A stretch of 64,000 nucleotides of DNA. Source: a virus. Positions 17,408 to 24,768 of the stretch are shown here, piece after piece. A program made the translations under genes and the position numbers. The stretch is taken from IMG/VR virus record IMGVR_UViG_3300020724_000005, one strand, 5' to 3'. A model generated the notes under the pieces. It searched no databases and was not told the origin of the DNA. It saw only the letters and a list, made by a program, of their open reading frames with translations. Each line of letters begins with the position of its first letter. The first letter of the stretch is position 1.

Positions 17408-17968
17408 TTAATTATTTTTATCTAAATCTACTATATTAATATTATCTTTTAAATAACTTGATTCTAATACTAATTTAGAAACTAATTTAGATTGTTTAGA
17501 TATTCCCATCAATGCATCGCATGATTCATAAAAACTAGAGTTGTATAATGGCGCTGGAAAATTATCCCAAATTTGTAAATAGCAAATCGGAACTTTCTTT
17601 CTGATCTCTGCCTCCATGTCAAACAGCCAAACGTAGTACCTCGGGTCTGTGAAAAGCATGATAGCGTCTGGCTTCTCTATCTCGATTAGCTGTCGCACCA
17701 TGTCTGGGTTTCCGTATCCGTCAGTCGGGTATAAGATCACCGATGCGTCTGGTATCTGAAGAAGATTGTTCGTGTCTTGTGAAAGGTCCAGTCTTTTGCC
17801 TTTCTCTGGATGGCTTATGCCTCCAGCTAATTGTACCCAGTTGAATCTATGGGCTGAGTTCAAGACTATCTCTCTTGACATCGTAGCTACTCCGCTATGA
17901 GTTCGCAAATCATCGCCCAAAAATAATATCTTTTTGCGATCTTCTTTTTTTATATAACCTTCTTTCAT
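17408..17968 (-). CDS. glycosyltransferase, N-terminal Rossmann half of a split GT4-type gene
   Basis: KKILFLGDDLRTHSGVATMSREI is typical of a GT4 N-terminus. The ORF stops where the C-terminal domain would begin. Confidence 0.7.
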   Translation of the reverse strand: MKEGYIKKEDRKKILFLGDDLRTHSGVATMSREIVLNSAHRFNWVQLAGGISHPEKGKRLDLSQDTNNLLQIPDASVILYPTDGYGNPDMVRQLIEIEKPDAIMLFTDPRYYVWLFDMEAEIRKKVPICYLQIWDNFPAPLYNSSFYESCDALMGISKQSKLVSKLVLESSYLKDNINIVDLDKNN

Positions 17969-17973
17969 ATACC

Positions 17974-18204
17974 TTATCTTGTTACTGTCTGTTTAACTTG
18001 ATCGACGAATGCACTACCTGTGTAGTATGTATTGTATGTGCTGTGTATCTTATGTCTAAATTCAGAATCTGTGATGTAGAGGAATAGTGCTCTTTCAGTT
18101 AATTCTTGCAAATACATCTTATTCATTTTGGTTAGCACTCTGAAGTCCTCGTATATCCCCTTAGGTACTTTGATCGAGGTCAGTGTTCTTTCTTGTAAAT
18201 CCAT
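17974..18204 (-). CDS. hypothetical protein (76 aa), possibly ribbon-helix-helix
   Basis: IKVPKGIYEDFRVL followed by helical-looking segments. Weak call. Confidence 0.6.
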   Translation of the reverse strand: MDLQERTLTSIKVPKGIYEDFRVLTKMNKMYLQELTERALFLYITDSEFRHKIHSTYNTYYTGSAFVDQVKQTVTR

Positions 18205-18249
18205 GCCTTTTATCTATAAATATACATAAAATGTTTACGTTGTATATTT

Positions 18250-19155
18250 TTAAGATATTTTTTTATCACAAAGCTCTTTATTATCTTTGAATGGACACCA
18301 CTTGCATCCGTCTAGGTTCTTGGGATACTGCTTGTCTACATACTTCCCATCTGGGGTGAACACCTCTTTGACAAACGCCTTGAGGTCTTCGACTGCCTGT
18401 TTCATCTTGATCTTGCCTTGTGCCGGTTGGAATATCTGGATCCTCTTTATGGGGAACTCAGCGTCAGCATATATCTTGCGACGAACTATGAAGAACTCAA
18501 CGTCTACCATCTCAGGATCGATTCCCAGCTTCTTTGAGTAAAAGTGCTTGTAAAAAAGTACCTGGTTGATCTTGGTCTGATCCTTCTTGTCCTTGTCTTT
18601 CCAACCTGACGTGCTTGTCTTGATGTCGTATACCTTGTACTTTCCAGTAGTCTTGCTTCTCATGATCAGATCTATGCTTCCTATCATCAGAACGTTGGGG
18701 ATCTCGTCTACCACGGGATCTGTTATCTGGATCTCTATGCCGACCAGCTCTTCGTTCTTGAGGCTGAAGTGCTCTGACCTCTTCTTCTTGATGTATTCTA
18801 GTATAGCTATGCCGTCTTCGATGAACTCTTTGAAAACCTCAGGCTTCACAAAATGTTCTCCTTTGTTCTGCTCTAACGCCTCTTTGTAGTTCTCTATCAT
18901 GCGAGTCTTGAAGAAATCAACGAGGTCCATCGAATCGGCCGCTTTGCCTGATACAGTGTACATGATATTAATGTACTCTTGGAATGCCTCGTGTAGAGAA
19001 GTTCCAAATGTTAGATGAATTGAGTTCTCAAATTTCTTATGCTTCTTTACATACTGTAGATACCATGAATATTGACAAGATTTATATAATGAATATTGAG
19101 AATAAGATATTGATTTCTGATAAGAATAATCTACTGGATAATTTTGTTTAGGCAT
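18250..19155 (-). CDS. PD-(D/E)XK nuclease, RecB/Cas4-like with C-terminal Cys cluster
   Basis: GSIDLI...YDIKTS core, an N-terminal Cys, and C-terminal CKWCPF....LC. Confidence 0.8.
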   Translation of the reverse strand: MPKQNYPVDYSYQKSISYSQYSLYKSCQYSWYLQYVKKHKKFENSIHLTFGTSLHEAFQEYINIMYTVSGKAADSMDLVDFFKTRMIENYKEALEQNKGEHFVKPEVFKEFIEDGIAILEYIKKKRSEHFSLKNEELVGIEIQITDPVVDEIPNVLMIGSIDLIMRSKTTGKYKVYDIKTSTSGWKDKDKKDQTKINQVLFYKHFYSKKLGIDPEMVDVEFFIVRRKIYADAEFPIKRIQIFQPAQGKIKMKQAVEDLKAFVKEVFTPDGKYVDKQYPKNLDGCKWCPFKDNKELCDKKIS

Positions 19156-19158
19156 AAC

Positions 19159-19878
19159 TTAATAATATTTAAATCTTATTCCTTTTTTAATTAATAAATT
19201 CATTGTAGATTTGTGTATATGATTTATTATAGATGCAAGTTTAACAGAATCATATATTTCTCCGGTTTCTAAATTTATTACTTTTCTTCTATTATGCGCG
19301 GGTTTTCCAAAGTTATAATTTTTTTCTCCTTTTTTTAGATCACTCATTTTTTTTCTTGATTCTTCAGAATAATGTTTTCCTCTTTGAGCGTCACTTAATT
19401 TTTTCTTAGTCTCTTTAGATCGTTTTTTTCCTGTTAATGCTATACTTCTTTTTTTCTTAGTTTTTTCAGAACATGGTCCATTAGAAATTCCTTTATGAGA
19501 GATGCTAATTTTTCTTTTGTGATCTTCTGTTAATTTTTTTCCTTTATGAGTTTTACTTATAAGTCTTTTTCTTTCTTCTGTAAGTATAGACCCAAGCGCT
19601 CCATCTCCTCCATCTGTCATATTAACTAATGTCCCTTTTTTTAAATCTGCTCTGCCATAAAATATAATCCAAAATTTTTCTTTTTCACAAGATTCTTCCC
19701 AAGTTAACCATTCTTCTGAGATTATTTCTACTCTATAATCAGTAAGATTTACTATATTATGCCAGTATTTATTTCTATTCTTTTTTGTATGCGCTCTTTT
19801 ATAATTTTTATCTGATCCTATCCCGATATAGAAAACTTCATTCTTATCTAGTCTAATATGTCTATATATGTATGCCAT
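19159..19878 (-). CDS. GIY-YIG homing endonuclease
   Basis: Start moved to MAYIYRH, which sits in the CTTTTATTTTATG context shared by the six leader-bearing HE genes. YIYRH..FYIGIGS plus NUMOD3 repeats. Confidence 0.9.
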   Translation of the reverse strand: MAYIYRHIRLDKNEVFYIGIGSDKNYKRAHTKKNRNKYWHNIVNLTDYRVEIISEEWLTWEESCEKEKFWIIFYGRADLKKGTLVNMTDGGDGALGSILTEERKRLISKTHKGKKLTEDHKRKISISHKGISNGPCSEKTKKKRSIALTGKKRSKETKKKLSDAQRGKHYSEESRKKMSDLKKGEKNYNFGKPAHNRRKVINLETGEIYDSVKLASIINHIHKSTMNLLIKKGIRFKYY

Positions 19879-19997
19879 AAAATAAAAGTGGTCCAAAAAA
19901 TCTTCAGAGCTACGACCTTCTGAGATTGAATGGACCAATAAGTTTATTATAGATTACGTGTCGTAGTCGTAATATAATCTATAATAAATATCCAGCT
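19879..19997 (-). promoter_or_regulatory. structured HE leader, copy B
   Basis: P1 14 bp, 19943-19956 / 19975-19988. P2 TGGTCCA 19889-19895 / TGGACCA 19931-19937. L1 GTCGTAG 19960-19966 is complementary to CTACGAC 19910-19916. Confidence 0.6.
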
Positions 19998-20249
19998 TTA
20001 GGCATCTTTCTGAGTCTGTAGCTCTTTAGGAAGGAAATCTTGGTTCACATGTCCACACTTTGCACAAACGAAGGTGGGAATTGGAACTATGGCGTCTTGA
20101 GGTGTGCCAGTCAAGAATTTTGACGCCTTACGGATCATGATCCCTTCTGTGAAGATCTGTCCTTGGCACTCATCGCATGTGATCGCGGTCGTCTTGTCTA
20201 GAGTAACATTGAGTTGTGGAGCTTGCTGTCCACCTAGTGGTTTTTGCAT
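19998..20249 (-). CDS. hypothetical zinc-ribbon protein (83 aa)
   Basis: CDEC...CAKCG. Confidence 0.7.
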   Translation of the reverse strand: MQKPLGGQQAPQLNVTLDKTTAITCDECQGQIFTEGIMIRKASKFLTGTPQDAIVPIPTFVCAKCGHVNQDFLPKELQTQKDA

Positions 20250-20301
20250 GTTCTGTGTTTAGATGAAAGTAATGAAATAGTTTGAGAGTGTAAAGCTTAT
20301 C

Positions 20302-20559
20302 TTACGAGTATTGCTTTATTTTGTTGATCAGCATCGCCTTTGGCATTGCTCCTATCGTCTTGCCTACTTGCTGTCCGTTCTTTAGGAATATCAAAGTCGG
20401 CACCGAAGTCACTCCGTAAGAAGCGGCCATTGTAGCGTTGTCTTGGGCGTCTATGTAACTGATGTTTGCGCCTGTCTCTGAGGCCGCTTGCTGTGCCACT
20501 GGCTTGAACGTTGCACAGGGTTGACATGTCTTTGTTGAAAAGTAGAGGATGTTTATCAT
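20302..20559 (-). CDS. thioredoxin
   Basis: CQPC active site in STKTCQPCATFKP and the VTSVPTLIFLKNG loop. Start set at the internal MINILYF to avoid overlap with ORF 20574..20813. Confidence 0.8.
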   Translation of the reverse strand: MINILYFSTKTCQPCATFKPVAQQAASETGANISYIDAQDNATMAASYGVTSVPTLIFLKNGQQVGKTIGAMPKAMLINKIKQYS

Positions 20560-20573
20560 TTTGCTTTGTGTTT

Positions 20574-20813
20574 TTAAAGTCTTGATACACGTTTTTGCGT
20601 GTCTGGAGCTTCGAGTAAACTTGCCCACGATGGAGCGCCTTCTTTTTCTGGTTCTTCATTATAATTTTCTAGATCATCTATAGAATCACTTAAAGTTTTA
20701 TAAAACCACTCAGGTAGATCAGATAAGTGATTATTTCCAAATGGAGTTTCTTGTAACCAACTTTTTAATCCTCTGAGATTTATAGCAGTATTTTTTAGTA
20801 TATTATTTTTCAT
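20574..20813 (-). CDS. hypothetical protein (79 aa)
   Basis: ORF track. It ends 15 nt before the proposed thioredoxin start. Confidence 0.45.
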   Translation of the reverse strand: MKNNILKNTAINLRGLKSWLQETPFGNNHLSDLPEWFYKTLSDSIDDLENYNEEPEKEGAPSWASLLEAPDTQKRVSRL

Positions 20814-21753
20814 GACTTACTCTTCTTTTTTCCCAAGCTTTTTTATTTGAAATACTCATCTTTTCTCTAGTCTCTTTAGAATGTTTTTTCCCAATTCGAC
20901 TTAATCTCCTTTTTTCTCTTGATTCACTACTATTATTAACTTTCTTTTTTTTCCCTTTTGTAGCTTTACTTATTTTATCTCTAACATCTTGTCTTTTTGA
21001 TGGATTATTTATTTTCATTGCTAATGAAACTCCTGGTTTTTTTATTCCAATTTGACAAGTACTTAGAATTTTTAATAATTCTGCTTTAGTAATTTCTCTA
21101 TAGTTTATATTATTTTTTTCTAAATACCACTTTAATAATCCTGTTGACTTAAGAGTTTTATCTATATTTAATCTATTATCTGCACACCACTCTAAAGCTG
21201 ATTTAACTTCATTAAAAATAACTAATTTTTTAGTATGATTATAAAAATTCCCCTTTAAATAATCTTTATAATAAAGTACGTGCTTATTTTTAACTAAATC
21301 ATATAATTCCTCTAAGTTAAAAAATTTAAGTAGTTGATTTAATCTATAAGGTTCATCTCTAAAAAAAACTATTGAATTTAATGGAATTTTATTTTTTCTA
21401 CTTATAGAAGATGGATTTTTATTTCCAGTAGGCCACCCACCATTTGTACTAGATGTATAATTTTTATTTTTTTCGTCTTTTATATATTTAAGTATATAAG
21501 ACATTTCTATACTAGATGCATATTCTTGTGTAACTTGATTTAATACTCGTAAAATTTCTTTATTAAAAATCAGTGATTTTTCTTTTTGAGATAAATTTTT
21601 GATTTCTTTCCAACCCTGTTGAGATCCAAAATAAAAATCTTTTTCTATCCAATCTAAATCTAATAACAAATCTTTAATTCTAGATCTTAGTCCTATATAA
21701 TATTCATTAGTAATCTTGTGAGTAACTTTGTAAATATAATAATCATTTATCAT
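20803..21753 (-). CDS. GIY-YIG-like homing endonuclease
   Basis: YYIYKVTHKITNEYYIGLRS and C-terminal NUMOD3-like KKHSKETREKMS. AT-rich. TATAATAAATAT lies upstream. Confidence 0.8.
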   Translation of the reverse strand: MINDYYIYKVTHKITNEYYIGLRSRIKDLLLDLDWIEKDFYFGSQQGWKEIKNLSQKEKSLIFNKEILRVLNQVTQEYASSIEMSYILKYIKDEKNKNYTSSTNGGWPTGNKNPSSISRKNKIPLNSIVFFRDEPYRLNQLLKFFNLEELYDLVKNKHVLYYKDYLKGNFYNHTKKLVIFNEVKSALEWCADNRLNIDKTLKSTGLLKWYLEKNNINYREITKAELLKILSTCQIGIKKPGVSLAMKINNPSKRQDVRDKISKATKGKKKKVNNSSESREKRRLSRIGKKHSKETREKMSISNKKAWEKRRVSHEK

Positions 21754-21809
21754 AAAGTATTTTATAATAAATATGCATAGATTTTAGATTTGGTTATAGT
21801 AATCATAAA

Positions 21810-22451
21810 TTATTTTGAAAACATATTATAATGTCTTGGATATATATGGAAGTTTGTAATAAACCAATGCATTTCTCCAATTTGTAAATTTAATTCTATA
21901 CTAACTTTTTCCATTAATTTTGCAAAAATATATTGATCATTACACCAACCCCAAATACAATCAATGCTTCTTGCGAACACTGTAAGATGTAGTTTTCCAT
22001 CGATTATAGTGAAGTTAAGCACGACGTTGCAGGGAGTGTCTGAGTCATACCTCTCTAACTCGTTTATGTCGTAATGAACTACTACTGCTCTTCTTGAATT
22101 GGGGTTCCTCTTGAGCTCTAGAATTGCACGATCTAACTGTCCGTTCTTATTCCAGAAGTATCCGTAGTTCGAATTGACCTCTGTTGTACCTGGGACGATC
22201 ATATTCTTCCATATCTTGGCACGCTCGGATATCTCTGTGGCGTCTCTGTTACCGGTCAGATACCAATGCCACTCGTACTCTGCATAGTCTTGATTGAACT
22301 TTCTCTCTGGCTCTGTGATGATCATCTGCATCGGATTCTCTAAAGTGAATGATGCATTGAACATCGTCTTTGTGCCTGAGAAGTCTTTGCCTGTAGACAT
22401 GATCTGTAGGTAAAGTTGCTTGAAGGCCTCATTTGCGTTTTTAAATCTCAT
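21810..22451 (-). CDS. ThyA-family pyrimidine C5 methyl/hydroxymethyl-transferase (short form, Asp at specificity position)
   Basis: EYEWHWYLTG, NPNSRRAVVV, TPCN (catalytic Cys), ARSIDCIWGWCND and FHIY. Only 213 aa and lacks the ThyA C-terminal segment. Confidence 0.85.
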   Translation of the reverse strand: MRFKNANEAFKQLYLQIMSTGKDFSGTKTMFNASFTLENPMQMIITEPERKFNQDYAEYEWHWYLTGNRDATEISERAKIWKNMIVPGTTEVNSNYGYFWNKNGQLDRAILELKRNPNSRRAVVVHYDINELERYDSDTPCNVVLNFTIIDGKLHLTVFARSIDCIWGWCNDQYIFAKLMEKVSIELNLQIGEMHWFITNFHIYPRHYNMFSK

Positions 22452-22854
22452 CGTGTTGGGAAATTTCTATGAATTGTTTTATGAAGTCTATACCGTCTGT
22501 CTTCCTGTATTGCTCTAGGTAAAGTACGCGTTTTATACCGGACTGTAGTAGTAGTTTTGCACAGTCGACACATGGGCTGAGAGTAAGATACAATGTAGAT
22601 CCATCAACTGCATAACCAGATCTTGCCGCTTTAAGTATTGCTCCCATTTCAGCATGTACAACTTCAAGAACTGTTAATCCATTTCTTTCACAGCAGTTAT
22701 TCATTCCAGCTGGGGTGCCATTATATGACATACTAATAATATTACCATCTTTTACCAAAATAGCGCCGACTTTAGCTCTTTCGCACTTAGAAAGAGTTGA
22801 TATTTCTTTTGCTATATTAATGTATACCTGATCTAGTTGTTTTTGTGTGGGCAT
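22441..22854 (-). CDS. dCMP deaminase
   Basis: VHAEMGAI and LSPCVDCAKLL (HAE and PCxxC zinc motifs). Confidence 0.9.
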   Translation of the reverse strand: MPTQKQLDQVYINIAKEISTLSKCERAKVGAILVKDGNIISMSYNGTPAGMNNCCERNGLTVLEVVHAEMGAILKAARSGYAVDGSTLYLTLSPCVDCAKLLLQSGIKRVLYLEQYRKTDGIDFIKQFIEISQHDEI

Positions 22855-23393
22855 TTTCTACCTTTTATATAACCATCTGGAATTGGATCTCCATCTTTTA
22901 TTAATATACTACTATTTTCATTATAATACCACTGTTTTTTGGTATATTTTCTTGGTAATTTTGAAATTCTTTGAAGGTGTCCAGATTCAGCATTTTTTTT
23001 ACCTTGAACATGTCCTCCTTTTTTTCTAACTTCTTTTAATATTTCTGGATCAAAGAATGAATTAATCTTATTTTTTCTGCAAAATTCAGCTGATTTTTTG
23101 CCGGTTTCTTTTGGATTCATCAACAATCTAATTTTTAACATCCATCCAGATTGAGCGTTTTTCTCACCTTGCTTTTTGCCATTAATGGAACGAATTTTAT
23201 TTATTGCCTCTTCTACTGGTATTTGTCCGCATAAACACTTCCACGCAATATAATCATATTGATTTTTATTTTTTTCCCACAATAATCTATGTTCTTCAGC
23301 GTGCTCTGACAATGTAACTAATTTTATATTGCTTAGATCATCTGTACTTCCAGAGTGTCTTGGGACGATATGGTGTTTATATAATTTTTCCAT
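22833..23393 (-). CDS. HNH homing endonuclease
   Basis: HHIVPRHSG..DDLSNIKLVTLSEHAEEH. Preceded by leader copy C. Confidence 0.85.
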   Translation of the reverse strand: MEKLYKHHIVPRHSGSTDDLSNIKLVTLSEHAEEHRLLWEKNKNQYDYIAWKCLCGQIPVEEAINKIRSINGKKQGEKNAQSGWMLKIRLLMNPKETGKKSAEFCRKNKINSFFDPEILKEVRKKGGHVQGKKNAESGHLQRISKLPRKYTKKQWYYNENSSILIKDGDPIPDGYIKGRKCPHKNN

Positions 23394-23509
23394 AAAATAA
23401 AAAGACCTAAAAAACTAAAGGATATCCGACATCACAATAGATTAATAGGTCAATAAGTTTATTATAGATAGTCGAGTCGGATTCGATTATTATCTATAAT
23501 AAATATAAT
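23394..23509 (-). promoter_or_regulatory. structured HE leader, copy C
   Basis: P1 23458-23470 / 23491-23503. P2 GACCTA 23404-23409 / TAGGTC 23446-23451. L1 GTCGGAT 23476-23482 is complementary to ATCCGAC 23424-23430. Confidence 0.6.
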
Positions 23510-23737
23510 CTACTGGTGTTTTATCGTGTCTCCTACGTTGTACTTTTCGCAGCTGTCTATGAAGGAGCTCTGTCCTCTGTTCCAGTAGTACGCGCATCCA
23601 CCTGGCTCTATCTCGACCTTATCTACTACAGTCCATATACAGAACTTGTAATCCTTTGTCTTGATCTTATTGAACTTCTGTGTTGCACAAGATGATAGCA
23701 GAGACACGCTCAATGCTAAGAGTAGTATTCTTTTCAT
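23510..23737 (-). CDS. putative lipoprotein (75 aa)
   Basis: Start moved to the internal Met after the dUTPase stop. MKRILLLALSVSLLSSC is a lipobox-like signal. Confidence 0.6.
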   Translation of the reverse strand: MKRILLLALSVSLLSSCATQKFNKIKTKDYKFCIWTVVDKVEIEPGGCAYYWNRGQSSFIDSCEKYNVGDTIKHQ

Positions 23738-23747
23738 GACTTTTATT

Positions 23748-24179
23748 TTAGTGAGTTCCTGTTGATCCGAATCCTCCAGCTCCACGCTCTGTCTCTTTCT
23801 CATCGAGCTGATCTACCACTTCTACGTCTTCATAGCTAACCGGTACGAGGATGAATTGGATCAGCTTCTTGCCTGGTTCTAGTATGGTGTTTATCTTTCC
23901 AACGTTGATGACATGGATGTGTATCTCTCCTGTGTAGTCTTCGTCCACTATCTCAGCACCTTTGATGAGTTTGTTCTTTGTCGCTACTCCGCTCTTGTTC
24001 CCAGCCATGAGCATGTACCCAGCCGGAACGTTTGCTTTGATTCCAGAAGGTATCAAGACGTCTTCTCCAGGACTAAGTATAGTGTACTTGAAGTCTTCTG
24101 GGATGAAGAAATCTATGCCTGCGCTTTTTCCTGTGCCTCGAGCTGGCGTTTTGACATTACGAATTTTTGTGATCTTCAT
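23748..24179 (-). CDS. dut: dUTPase (trimeric type)
   Basis: AGIDFF, GNKSGVA, DYTGEIHIH and RGAGGFGSTG. Confidence 0.9.
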   Translation of the reverse strand: MKITKIRNVKTPARGTGKSAGIDFFIPEDFKYTILSPGEDVLIPSGIKANVPAGYMLMAGNKSGVATKNKLIKGAEIVDEDYTGEIHIHVINVGKINTILEPGKKLIQFILVPVSYEDVEVVDQLDEKETERGAGGFGSTGTH

Positions 24180-24438
24180 TTTTCTGTGATTTGTTTTTTT
24201 CTCTGAGTACTGTTACATATGTTCCTAAGAAACTGCCTATGATCGCAGCGATGAGCAGGGTTCTGTCTCCTACATAATTTATAGTTGTGAAAGCTCCAAA
24301 GAGCATGATCATAGACCCCCGTGTCGCTGACTTAATAGGATCATGCTTTCCTACGTATATGAAGTACTTTGCCCAACATACATCTACTAAGAACATAGAG
24401 ATGATGACTCCTAAAAATTTTAACGCGTAAATTACCAT
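24157..24438 (-). CDS. small membrane protein (93 aa)
   Basis: Three hydrophobic segments. No other motif. Confidence 0.7.
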   Translation of the reverse strand: MVIYALKFLGVIISMFLVDVCWAKYFIYVGKHDPIKSATRGSMIMLFGAFTTINYVGDRTLLIAAIIGSFLGTYVTVLREKNKSQKNEDHKNS

Positions 24439-24441
24439 GAC

Positions 24442-24720
24442 CTATTTTGTTTTATCGTAATCCTCTTTGTAGTGTTCTACCATCGCCGTGAGGTATGCTA
24501 TGGCGTCTAAAATATTATCGTATTTCTTTGAATAGGATTCCCTTGAAAGTTTAAGAGCTACCATGTAGAGGTACATGTCCTTTGCTGATATGTCTTTGCC
24601 TGTCATGTTAGATGCCAATGATGCGGCTATCTCCATGCTCTCTTTCATCGGACCATACTTACGAGATGTCTCTTCGCCTCTTCTGTATACGATGTCCTGT
24701 GCATGTTCAAGTATGTTCAT
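24442..24720 (-). CDS. hypothetical protein (92 aa)
   Basis: ORF track. No confident motif. Confidence 0.75.
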   Translation of the reverse strand: MNILEHAQDIVYRRGEETSRKYGPMKESMEIAASLASNMTGKDISAKDMYLYMVALKLSRESYSKKYDNILDAIAYLTAMVEHYKEDYDKTK

Positions 24721-24768
24721 GTTAGAGTATAACGATGTTCTGTGAATTAAGAAAGTGTATCTTTTTGG

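Noticed and set aside
20297-20659. 120-aa ORF overlapping the thioredoxin gene in another frame
   Set aside because: Its Arg/Gln/Lys-rich low-complexity translation has no motif. The thioredoxin frame has the CxxC and cis-Pro motifs.
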